Positions 27,772-38,950 of a stretch of 64,000 nucleotides of DNA are shown in pieces (position 1 is the first letter of the stretch; the number at the start of each line of letters is the position of its first letter). A model generated the notes under the pieces. That model was given only the letters and a program-made list of their open reading frames with translations. It did not search any database and was not told the DNA's origin. The DNA lies in the NCBI GenBank assembly GCA_035221665.1, contig CM069152.1:39618001-39682000 (forward strand), in the 5' to 3' direction. This stretch comes from Okamejei kenojei. Its lineage: Eukaryota. A program made the position numbers and the translations under genes.

Positions 27772-27910
27772 TTTCTTCTTCTTTCATGTGGCGTGCACAG
27801 CCTAAAGTTGTAGGACAACTTGTTCTATTTGATCTTCCGTTTGTGCACGTCGAGTTGATTGCATTAGTCGAAACAGGGCGGACCACGTGAAGGTTGCAAT
27901 CTCCCACCCC
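27772..27910 (-). mobile_element. Short non-autonomous retroposon (ribozyme head, (GAA)n tail), full-length copy inserted in a Helitron
   Basis: TSD ccagtgtga (27763-27771) / cccgtgtga (27911-27919), one mismatch; 3' tail GAAAGAAGAAGAAA. The related Helitron end near 49690 lacks the insertion. Confidence 0.8.
27857..27910 (-). ncRNA. Minimal HDV-like (CPEB3-type) self-cleaving ribozyme candidate, 54 nt
   Basis: Minus strand reads GGGGUGG-GA-GAUUGCA-ACC-UUCACGU-GGU-CCGCCCU-GU-UUCGA-CUAA-UGCAAUC. P1 7 bp with G1.U wobble, P2 7 bp perfect, P3 3 bp, L3 UUCACGU, 1-bp P1.1, vestigial P4, J4/2 CUAA with putative catalytic C at 27867. Confidence 0.82.
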
Positions 27911-28449
27911 CCCGTGTGACTGGGACCCAACGGCTCCCACTTAGTCTAGTAAGTATTAAAATTCACCTACAGCTGCAAGGTCAGTGTACACCATAAATTA
28001 TGTAATGTTTCTAAAACAAGGACTGTACAAAAGTCAAAAACATTATCTAATCCAGGTCAAAAAATGGCAGATACTCAGCCATTTGCCTTCAGCCTCTATT
28101 TGCCTAATATTCTCCCTGGCCAACCTTCCTCGGCACCAGGTCTTCATAAACTCTGACCTTTTCCATCCTTTATATCATGTCGGCTCTCTTCTTTCTGCCA
28201 ATTCCAAACTAGCACATCCTTGGATTTCACTATTCCACCATTCAACCACAGGGCCATAAACTCTGGAATTATTTTACTAAATCACCCTGCCTCTGCATTG
28301 CTCCCTGCATCTAGACCTCCTTCAGTTTCAACCCAGATAGAGTTGCTGATCATCTCTCTTTTAACTCCTCATGGGTCAATATTTATTTGATAACATTCCT
28401 GCTAGCACATATATTTTTATTGCATTACAAATACCATATATATGCAAGA

Positions 28450-28925
28450 TAAATAGAAAATGCTGGAGTAACTCAGTGGGACAGGCAGCATCTCTGGGTG
28501 GAATGGGTGACGTTTCAGGTCGATACCCTTCTTCAGACTGAGAGTCAGGGGAGAGGGAGACACAGATTTACGGAAGGGTGTGTGACAACAAGAGATCAAA
28601 GGGGACAAAGATCAAAGAAAATGTGGAATATATCATTGTCAGCTGGGAAAGGTGACAACGAGGCATACAACAATAAAACGTAATCAGGAGGATAGTCAAA
28701 CTAGTCGGAGAACTGGGATGGGGAGGAATGGCGAGAGAGGGAAAGCAAGGGTTACTTGAAGTTAGAGAAGTCAATATTCTTACTGCTGGGCTGTAAACAG
28801 CTCAAGCGAAATATGAGGTGCTGATCCTCCAATTTGAGTTGGACCTCACTCTGACAGTGGAGGAGGCCCAGAGCAGAAAGATCATTATGGGTTAGGGAAT
28901 GGGAGGGGGAGATAAGGTGTGTAGC
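28450..28925 (-). mobile_element. Penelope-like 3' fragment
   Basis: ORF 28752-28991 (LSALGLLHCQSE...EDQHLIFRLSCLQPSSKNIDFSNFK) plus the same terminus as 53950-54170. Confidence 0.8.
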
Positions 28926-29684
28926 CATATAAATGCAGGCGGTTAGTGTTTGAAATAATGGATCAGTGTTAATCCTATTAAAAAGAACCAAATCCGCAAA
29001 TATAATTAATTAGTCAAGATGCACTGCGTTCAATTTGTGCTTAACTGGACCAGGGCAAATTGAACCCGATACTCTGTGCAAGGCTCAATATTATGAAAGC
29101 ATTTAGCATCCATTACTGTAATTAAAATCAAATTAATATGCTAAATCACTGATACTTTCCTCTGGCAAATACCAATAGTTCACAGGAGCTGAAACAAATG
29201 AAAATTAATAAACAAACTTGGTGACTTACAATACCAATAAATAAATATAGCAAAAAATACATAATAATTGTGGTCTGCATACATTAAAAAATATACAGCG
29301 CAATAGGCTGGAGAGACAGAGTAGTCAGGCAGCATCTGGAGATTGAAATGGAAAGTCCATTTCTCTCCGCAGATGCTGCCTGTCCGGCAGAGTTCCTCCA
29401 CCAGGTTATTTTGTGCTCAAGATTCCCGCATCTGCAGCCTCTTGCGGCTCCATACATCAAACGTAAGCTCTTCTGAGACACAATATATTATTAACACACA
29501 GCAGGCCAGACAGCATCTGCAGAGAGAAATGGACTGCCCATTTCACTCCATAGATGCCGCCTGACCCATTCTGTTCCTCCAGCATATTGCTTTGTATCTT
29601 TTAATGTATGCAGACCACATTTATTTTGTATTTTTGGTATACTTATTTATTGGTTTATTGTATCATTGAAACTTACCGAAGATT

Positions 29685-30030
29685 AAAAGAGTGGATGTTG
29701 TGAGGATGTTTCCACTAGTGGGAGAGACTAGTTCCAAAGGGCATAGCCTCAAATTTAAAGGACATTCCTTTAGGAAGGAGATGAGGAGGAATTTCTTTAG
29801 TCAGGGGGTGGTGAATCTGTGGAATTCTTTGCCACAGAAGGCTGTGGAGGCCAAGTCAATGGATATTTTTAAGGCAGACAGAGATTCCTGATTAGTACGG
29901 GTGTCAGGGGTTATGGAGAGAAGGCAAGAAAATGGGGTTCGGAGGGAGAGATAGATCAGCCATGATTGAATGGGGGAGTAGACTTGATGAGCCAAGTGGC
30001 CTAATTCTGCTCCTAGCACATGGCCTTATG
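29685..30030 (+). mobile_element. CR1 3' fragment
   Basis: MFPLVGE..GHSLK..MRRNFFSQGVVNLWNSLPQKAVEA. Confidence 0.85.
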
Positions 30031-32469
30031 TTAGGTAGAAAACCTGTGTCAAGCATAGCTGTGGATGAAGGAACGATAACATTTCCAAATTAGGTTTGTG
30101 TTTTAGCTAGAGGGAAAACCATATGTGGTAGTGGCTCCACATTTCAACCACAATCCAAAATGCTCTGGCATAGCAATTTCTGGTTCCAGATTCAGTTCCA
30201 ACATAGATACATACAAACTTAACACAAATCACCATTTAACTCGTGATAATATTTTAAACTCAGAAAACGCTTTACTTGCAACATCCAGTATTGTAGATAT
30301 ATATGGCAAGGAGGAAAAATGCATATTTGGAAAATCTGCTGCTAACTATCAATTATAAAAGACTGTGTCCTCACTCAGATTACATTCTGTACACAGCTTC
30401 TCATCATAGGCTTGTTAATGTTGGTTGCTGGGGTAACCGTTTGATCTCTAATGACATGTCAACCAGCCATGATTCTCAGACATTTTGAAAACACTGGCAA
30501 TCCATGACAAATACACTTTAGGAAGAAGAAGGAATTATCCGCATTATCTTCAAAGAATTATAAAATATAATTCTTCAAGAAAAACAACACAAAAGGCAAT
30601 TTCACAGATTTCCAACTTGCCTCTCTCTCTCACTGCTGCAGTATCTCTCTTTGCCACTGGCATAGATTTTACAATCTGGTGCCGATCACCATCAACAAAG
30701 ATTTGGTGATCTTGGTGGGGCAGAATTTCCCTTTCCTGCTTTCCCGTTTATTTTGGGAAAGGTGCCATCAAGCTGCAAAGAGTACGGAAAAGATAAACAC
30801 AAAATACTGGAACAACTCAGCAGGGCAGGCAGCATCTCTGGAGGGAAGGCATGGGTGATGTTTCGGGTCGAGATACTTCTTCAAACTGAAGAAGGGTCTC
30901 GACCCGAAACAACTCCCATTCCTTTTCTCCAGGAGCTGATTATGGGGAGAGGTTGGAAAGGTTGGAATTTTATTAATTGAAGTGCAGGAGACTGAAGGAT
31001 AATCTTATCAATAACTAAAGGGCATAAGTTGAAGATGAAAAGATAAAGTTAAAGATTGAATGGGAACCTGAGGGGCAATATTTTCCATAAAGGGTGGTGA
31101 TTAAATGGAAGTAGTAGTTGAGACCGGTATAATGACAACATTTAGACACATACATGGATAGGAAAGATTTAGGGGGATATGGGTCAGACATGGGCAAAAT
31201 TGGACATTCCTGGCACCTAAAACCACCTTGAAGAATTTTCAGACAAATTAAAAGCTCATTTTTAAACTAACTTTTAAAACACTTTAATGCATTCGTAATA
31301 CATCTTTCTCAAATTCGACTGCTGAACTCATTCATCTCAAATTGGCTACGTAATGGCACTCAAGCTGTGATTTAATCTGTGAATCCTAAAACAGACCAAG
31401 TCTTTTCACTGCCGACTGGTTTGAAACAAGGTTGAGCTACACCCCAACACCTTTCACAATTGTTAACGCAACTATGCTGCACCTCATTGAAAACAGCCCA
31501 CTGGACTGTAGTTAATTTACATACAAATGGAAAACTGTTCAGCCTGCACCACTTCCACTCCAGAACCAAAGTCACCAAATATCAGACATCGATCTACCAT
31601 ATACAGAGAATGCGTGCATATGTGCATATGCAGAAACTGACCACCAAGTCATCATCAACTCATTCACTGATCCATGGATGGGAATGGGCCTTACTCTTAA
31701 CATCTACATCACAAAAGTTCCTCAAGGAACCTCCACCCCCACTATATATCACCGGTCTGTCAATAAAGGGCCATGACAGGACCCTGGAAAGTAAACCACA
31801 TGAAACACAATGTAGGCGGTCATGAGCTATTAAACCAGAGCCATCACTGTCATTGGGACATCTTTAAAAACATCACGGTTTGAAAAACAAGACCTCAAAC
31901 CCATCGCAAAGTTTGCACTTTGTGGAAACATTGATCAGACTAAGCTTACATCCACTAGAGTTTAGAACAGAAAAGGGTGGCTTGATTGAAGCATTTAAAG
32001 ATCCTTAAAATAAAACTTGACAGGGTTGATGTGGAGAAGTCATTTCCACTTGTGGGAGATGAGAGGTCACCATTTAAGAAAGCGTTGAGGTGAAATTCTT
32101 CTCTTACATGATCTTTGGAATTCTTCTTTAAAGAATGATGGAAGTAGGCTCTTTAAGACAGGTAAATATTTGGAGATGGCAATAAAGATTCTTAATAAGC
32201 AAGGTGGGGGAGGGGGGTTTCATTACCACAGGTTTCATGGGAATGTGAAGTTGAGGTTTGCCCTCTCTTATTACGTGGAGGAGAGTCTATAGTGAGCAAG
32301 TGGCCTACTCCTGGTCCCAACTGGTATGACTATCTAGGGCAGGCTCCACCAAGCATGGGAGGGATAACAAAAGTCCACCAAATCCTCCAAATCCCTTGGC
32401 AGGATAGTGAACCAATGTCAATGCCATCCCTTGGCCATCATCAACATCACCGAGGCTCTTATTATATTC

Positions 32470-33625
32470 AGTTGGCTCCAATGGATTCACCATTTCAGCA
32501 GCTGGTGGAAAAGTTGGAGTTATTGGGGGTTGATGCTGGCACATGTAACTGGGTCCTGAACTTTCTATCACAACGGCAGCAGACAGTCAGGGTGGGCAGT
32601 AGGACATCAAAAACCATAGCAGTGAGCACTGGCACGTCCCAAGGCTGTGTCCTAAGCCCCCTGCTGTTTAGTCTGCTTACACACGACTGTACTGCTAGAC
32701 TCAACAACAACTTCATCAACATGTTCGCTGATGACACAACAGTGGTGGGTCTCATCAGTGACAATGATGAGTCGGCGTACAGGATGGAGGTGGAGCTGCT
32801 CACAGGATGGTGCAAATCCCACAACCTCATTCTCAACGTGGGAAAAACGAAGGAGATGGTGGTTGACTTCAGGAGGGCGGGAAAACAACGCCATACACCT
32901 CTGCACATCGATGGAGCTGATGTGGAAAGGGTCAGCAGTGTGAAGTTCCTAGGACTCCACCTGTCAGATGACCTGACGTCCACGACCAACACCACAGCAC
33001 TGGTCAAGAGAGCCCAGCAGCGACTACACCCTCTCCGTAGACTACGGAAAGCAGGTCTCCCCACTGCACACCTACGAACTTTTTATAGGGGGACAATCGA
33101 GAGCACATTAACCTACGGCATCACCTCCTGGTTCGGGAGCTGCAAGGCGTACGAACGGCACCAACTGGACAGGATTGTGAAGACCGCCAGCAGGATTATT
33201 GGTGCTCCACTCCCTTTATTGCTGGACATATACAGGAAGAGATGTATCAGCAGAGCCATCTCCATCATCAAAGACCCCTACCACCCGTCGCATCACATAT
33301 TCTCCATCCTGCCATCTGGGAAGAGGTACAGGAGCATCAGCTGCAAAACCAGCAGGATGCTCCTCAGCTTCTTCCCGCAGGCTATAAGACTGATAAACGG
33401 ACTTTGCCCCCTGCCAAAGTATCGCGCACCAACCACCAACCTGGACACACTGAAGCAGAGCCATTGTCGTGCCACTGCCGATCGGAACTCGTGATATATG
33501 TACTTTTATTCTTTATTTCTATTTATTGTTTACCGCACACTGAATGGACACTGGTTGAAAAACGTTTTTTCGTTTTCCTCTGGGTGTGTAAGTACTCAGA
33601 AAAATGATAATAAAGATATATATAA
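32470..33625 (+). mobile_element. Rex1/Babar LINE, 5'-truncated, uninterrupted RT C-terminal ORF
   Basis: ORF 32292-33494 contains QGCVLSPLLFSL..MFADDTTVVGLISDNDESAYR..LNVGKTKEMVVDFRR..KFLG..KRAQQRL..LRRLRK..FYRGTIES. The first ~60 aa of the ORF are flanking read-through. Confidence 0.88.
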
Positions 33626-33668
33626 TTTCATTTACTTGCCCCCAACAACACATTCCCAAAGAAACATT

Positions 33669-33756
33669 GATAGACACAAAATGCCGGAGTAACTCAGCGG
33701 GACAGGCAGCATCTCTGGATAGAAGGAATGGGTGACGTTTCGGGGCGAGACCCTTC
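33669..33756 (-). mobile_element. 88-bp Penelope terminus insertion
   Basis: 16-bp TSD TTCCCAAAGAAACATT at 33653-33668 and 33757-33772. Confidence 0.8.
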
Positions 33757-35512
33757 TTCCCAAAGAAACATTCTTCTCCAAGCTCCATCATGGCAACAGA
33801 GTTCCAAATGGGAAAAGATTTGATTCCAGGATGCTCTCAAAGCCTCTGTAAAGCAGCATGACATTCCCGTTTCCTCATGAGAATTCCTGTTTTGCGATTA
33901 TTCGAAGTGAAGAAGTGGCCTTCAGGATAGGATTGATCAAGTCCATTCTTTAGAAGCACAATGAAACTCATCATGAATTCCAAAAGCTGAGCATCTCTTC
34001 CCAAACTAGCCATTCACCCGTGCTGTCAAGAACTTCCTGACTCACCTGTTCAAGGGTCTATGGAAATAAATCACCCTCAATATTTAGGGACTGCCTAAAA
34101 AGGAGGAGAGCATGCAAATTAAAGATCGGACATGCATAAAGTTAAGATAGAAACTAAAATATCATCAACCAACCTTAAAAATTAAATATTAATTTTATAT
34201 TTAAAGCCAAGCGGTGGAATTGCACCTTCTATTGTGCAAATTAAACAAGTAGACCCTTAACCTTTGGCATTTTGTGGACTGCAGCACATATCTAACAAAC
34301 TCGAAGGGTGAATTTCTACCTCAATAGAATTTTGAATTCATTATCCAAGAAGAAAGAGGCTGAACGTGCCAGAATCTGGAACAATAAAAACTGCTGGAGG
34401 AACTCAGGAGGTCAAGCAGCATCTGTGATGGCAAAGGAATTATCCAGGGAGATTAGCCAGCACAAAAACTATTTGTAGTTACAATGCAGTTAAAAACTCG
34501 ATTGCACTTCAAACAACGGTTTAACCTTTCCAAAGTGCTATAATAATTTTTTATACAGTCACAGTAGTTTTTTTATGTTTAATGTTTTTATTAGAAGCAT
34601 TGCATATTATCTAATGTACAACAGCACTTCAAATATAAATCAGACTTATCACAAACGTTGTACAGATATTACGGGATAATTTATATATGCTACTGTTTTT
34701 GATTTTTTTTTTGGGAAGGTAAGGGAGTGAAAAAAAAGTAAAAATATAAATCAATAATCAAGACGTTGTGATTGAATAATAATGATTATATAATAATCAC
34801 AGTAGTTTTGCCAGCTCTCGCAAACAACCGTCTTCATCCCCCATTTATTCCCCTCTCTTCCCTATCCCCCCCCCCCCCCAACAATGCAACCAAGCCTATG
34901 GAAAATCAATAACTCATTGACAGTAACTTCAAGACATTGTCCATGTGTGTGCTGCAGACACAGGTGTCAGGTGTTTGTTTTATTTATGCCAAAAGACAAT
35001 TTAGTCCAAGTCAAATCAAATCATCTCTGAAAATGCATGAAATTATACATTCTATTGGAATCTATTCATAAGGAACTGGTAATGGGACATTGAAGGGAGA
35101 AAAAGGACGAGATAGGGCTAATTTAGATTTATGGAAGGGAAATCACATAAACTGGTAAATCTGTGAGAGCATTTTTAAGGCTGTGATCAGCAAACTAGAT
35201 ACAGACAGACCAGATGTATTCAGACTAATAAACGGCCTTCAATAAAATGCCACAGAAGAGATTACTAAAGAAACTTTAAAAACATACTAGACTAAGTGGG
35301 ACCCGTTGGGTCCCATGTCGACATGGGAGGGCTGGTCCGCTGACGCAATATTCCACCTCTCCACCAATTCCAATATTGGTGGCCAGTGGGGGGACTTTCT
35401 GGAGTGCTGGTATGGGTTCTTGGGGTGACAGCTCAGTCCCTCAAGCCTGATGTGCTAGCAGCTCACTCACGGCTGGTGGGCTGGCAGTTGACTCATGGCT
35501 ATTCCTTGAAAT

Positions 35513-35912
35513 TCCATTTCAAGCAGGGTTCAAGGCCACCAAATTCAAATCTATTTTCCTACCATTTCAAGCAGGGTGCAGGGCCACCAAATTCAAGTGC
35601 AGTTTCTTACCACTTCGAGCAGGGTGCAAGGCCACCAAATTCAAGTGCAGTTTCCTACCACTTCAAGCAGGGTGCAAAGCCACCGAATTCAAGTGCCGTT
35701 TCTTACCACTTCAAGCTGGATCCAAGGCCACCAAATTTAAGTGCAGTTTCATACCACTTTCAGCAGGGTGCAAGGCCACCAAATTCAGTGCAGTTTCATA
35801 CCACTTCATGCAGGGTGCAAGGCCACCAGATTCAAATGCAGTTTCATAACATTTCATGCAGGGTGCAAGGCCACCACATTCATATGCAGTTTCATACCAT
35901 TTCAAGCAGGGT
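35513..35912. repeat. 48-bp minisatellite, ~8-9 units
   Basis: Unit ~TTCAAGCAGGGTGCAAGGCCACCAAATTCAAGTGCAGTTTCCTACCAC, with the same register recurring at 35521, 35569, 35617, 35665, 35713 and 35761. Confidence 0.9.
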
Positions 35913-36281
35913 GAAACCACCATAAAACCACACAAAACACCAAACTCACAGTTCAGTAGACATTCAGTGTGTTCAGTTGATTCACAGCTCAGACGGTCAT
36001 GACCTCTCCCTCCCCCATCATGCAGAGACTGAGCCACACCCACATTTCCGGGTTTTATAACCCCTCCCCCTCCCACCGGAAAAGGTGTGGCCTTCATGGC
36101 GTGATTGACAGGAGAGAGATTCTCAACATTTTTTAAACACTAATAACACTTTTATTTTTCATTGATGGGAAGAATCCTCTGCACCTGCTGAGCGGAGGGG
36201 GACTGAGTAAGATGTCCAAAAATCACAGCCGTAAGTGGTAGCGTTTTATCTAAAATCAATATACGGTGCAAACAGGAAGTT

Positions 36282-36510
36282 ACCCAAAGCACCCAAACCA
36301 CCATTTGCAGTGGTGCCTTTTAACTTCTACCCAAAGCACCCAAGCCACCATTTGCAGTAGTGCCTTTTAATTTCAACCCAAAGCACCCGAAGCCACCATT
36401 TGCAGTAGTGCCTTTTAAATTCAACCCAAAGCACCCAAGCCACCATTTGCAGTGGTGCCTTTTCACTTCAACCCAAATCCCCCAACCATTTGCAGGAGTG
36501 CCTTTTGTAC
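36282..36510. repeat. 47-bp minisatellite, ~5 units
   Basis: ACCCAAAGCACCCAAGCCACCATTTGCAGTGGTGCCTTTTAACTTC at 36282, 36329, 36376, 36424 and 36471. Confidence 0.9.
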
Positions 36511-37189
36511 TTCAAAGCAACCATATTTTCATTTTCAAACCACATTAAGGGCACTCGCGGTTGAGTAGACATGTGTTCAGTGTTAATTCAGAGCTCAGAG
36601 AGACGTGACCCTCTGGCTTCCTCCATCTTGCAGAGACTGAGTGAGGCACACCAATTCCGGGTTTATAGTCCCTCCCCCCAGCAGGGGCAGCAGAGAGAAC
36701 GGCACATTTTTAAAAACCATCTGATTTTACATCGATGGGAAAAATCCTCCAGTCCAGGAAGGTGGAGGGGGGCTCTGAGAGAGGTGGCCAAAAATGACGG
36801 CCATAGGTGGCGGCGTTCTCTCGGAAATCACAGCACAGCGAGCCAAAAGTGGTCAAGATCAGACTTTGAGTAATATAGATAATATAGGGGCATATAAACA
36901 TATATTTTATATATATATATATATATATACACATTATAAGTATATTGGTGTGGATAGAGGATTGGTTAACAGACAGAAAACCACAGTAATACAGGTCATT
37001 TTCATGTTGCAAAGCTGTGACAAGTGGAATGTCACAGATCGTTGCTGTCTGGGTGAGATAACGGCAAGAGAAATATCACGAGAAAAAAATACATCATCTA
37101 CTTTGGAAGAAGAATAGATTGAAAGGTCGACTAGTTTTTAAAACAGAGAGAGTTGAAAGGGTGATGTTCACAAATACCCAGGTGTTTCT

Positions 37190-37715
37190 AGTTTGAGGTA
37201 GGACATTCTTGCTATTGAGGGAGTGCAGCGTAGGTTCACCAGGTTAATTCCTGGGATGGCGGGACTGATACATAATAAAAGAATGGATCGACTGGGCTTA
37301 TATTCACTGGAATTTAGAAGGATGAAAGGGGATCTTATGGAAACAAACAAAATTCTTAAGGGATCGGACTGGCGAGATGCAGGAAAAATGTTCCCGATGT
37401 TGGGGGAGTCCAGAACCAGGGGTCACAGTTTAAGAATAAGCGTAGGCGATTTAGGACTGAGATGAGGAAATACTTTTTCACCCAGAGAGTTGTGAATCTA
37501 TGGAATTCTCTGTCACAAAAGACAGTGAAGGCCAATTCAAGAGAGTTGTGTGTATTCACGAGAGAGTTGTATATAGCTCTTAGGGCTACTGGAATCGGGG
37601 GATTTTGGGAGAAAGCAGGATACTGAATCTGGATGATCAGCCATGATATTATTGAATGGCGGTACTGACTCGAGGGGCCGAATGGACTACTGCACATATC
37701 TTCAATGTTTCTATG
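37190..37715 (+). mobile_element. CR1 3' fragment; further older CR1 pieces extend to ~39150
   Basis: ORF 37223-37465: [25 protein letters not shown]. Confidence 0.85.
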
Positions 37716-38161
37716 TGGCCACAGAAATGAAAATTAACATGCAAGTTCAGCAAGCAATTAGGAAGCCAAACTGTATATTGGCCTCTTGTTGCTGGAGGAT
37801 TTGAGTAGAGTAGTGATGCCTGGCTCCATGTATACCGAGCACAGTTTGACCACGTCCAGAATATTGTGCACTGGGGCTTGGATTCCCTTCCAAAGGAAGG
37901 ACACACTTGTAATTGCAGCAAATGTTCACCTAATGTTGCCAGGGCTCAAGGGCCTAACCTAAAGGGAGAAGATGGGCAGGCTAAGACTTTATTCTGTGGA
38001 GCGCAGGAGGATGAAAGGCAATCTTACAAAGGTGCATAAAATCATGAGAGGAATGATAGGGTGAATGCACAGAGTCTTTTACCCAGGTAGCAGAATCAAG
38101 AATCAGATAAGAGAGGGGAAAGATTTAATAGGAACCTTTGGGATAACTTTTACACTGAGAA

Positions 38162-38950
38162 TTTAGTTTAGTTTAGAGATACAACGCGGGAACAGGCCCT
38201 TCGGCTCACTGTGTCCGCACTGACTAGCGATCTGGACACACACTAACGCTATTCTAGACAGTACTAGGGACAATTTACAATTACACCAAGCCAATTAACC
38301 TACAAACGTCTTTGGAGTGTGGGAGGAAACCGGAGATCCCGGAGAAAACCCACGCAGGAAACGTACAGACAAGCACCTGTAGTTAAGATCGAACCCGGGC
38401 CTCTGGCACTGTAAAGGGCCTGTCCCACCGGCATGCGTCTAGCACTACCAAACGTGGTCGCTTGAGGCGTATGGCCTCGCGGGGCCGGTCCCACTTAGAA
38501 TTGCGGAGGCATATGGAGTTGTGCAGGGCTCCAAAAATCTTGCACTGTTCAAAAATCCCGCGCGCCAACGGCCTGTTGGCCCGCAGGCGCATTGAGGGCG
38601 TACACAGCATCTCGACGGGCGTACATCGTACGCAGCGTCTTGACGGTGTACGCCTAGCGAGTGGCATTGCGCGATGACATCACCGCCCGGCGTGCCGTTG
38701 CGTGATAACATCACCGGCCGACGCCATGTGACATCCAAATTCTGTCGGCCCGCTTCCGGCCCAGCTGATTGGTGAGTATGATGTCGGGACCAGCCCCGCA
38801 CAACTCCATACGCCTCCACGGTTCGAATTGGGACCGGCCCCGCGAGGCCGTACGTCTCAAGCGACCACGTTTGGTCGCGCTAGACGCATGCAATCGCATG
38901 CTGGTGGGACAGGCCCTTAAGGCAGCAACTCTACTGCCACCATGCTGAGC
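38162..38950 (-). mobile_element. V-SINE (HE1-like) split by the Harbinger MITE
   Basis: Consensus ..GCACTG-TAA-GGCAGCAACTCTAC is restored when 38415-38920 is removed. Confidence 0.85.
38415..38917. mobile_element. PIF/Harbinger-type MITE (503 bp) inserted in a V-SINE
   Basis: TIR AGGGCCTGTCCCAC / GTGGGACAGGCCCT, TAA TSD (38412-38414 and 38918-38920), ~110-bp imperfect inverted arms, CpG-rich. Confidence 0.88.

Larger units (their letters stand above)
26627..27949 (+). mobile_element. Non-autonomous Helitron with C-rich low-complexity interior
   Basis: 5' A|TCTATACTATTACTAAAACTCTC; 3' hairpin GGGACCCAACGGCTCCC followed by TTAGTCTAG|T; no TSD; A|T insertion site. Confidence 0.75.
35287..36879 (-). 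mobile_element. Non-autonomous Helitron with internal minisatellites
   Basis: Minus-strand 5' A|TCTATATTACTCAAAGTCTGATCTTGACCAC; 3' TGGGACCCAACGGGTCCCA hairpin plus CTTAGTCTAG|T. Interior is homologous to 61703-64000. Confidence 0.8.

Noticed and set aside
26473-27897. Inverted 125-bp repeats as TIRs of one DNA transposon
   Set aside because: The right copy has its own TSD and tail and sits inside the Helitron, while the left copy lies outside it. They are two independent retroposon insertions.
35386-35925. 179-aa ORF with 16-aa repeats; array superficially CRISPR-like
   Set aside because: It is the translation of a 48-bp minisatellite inside a Helitron. Units are contiguous with no unique spacers, and there are no cas genes.
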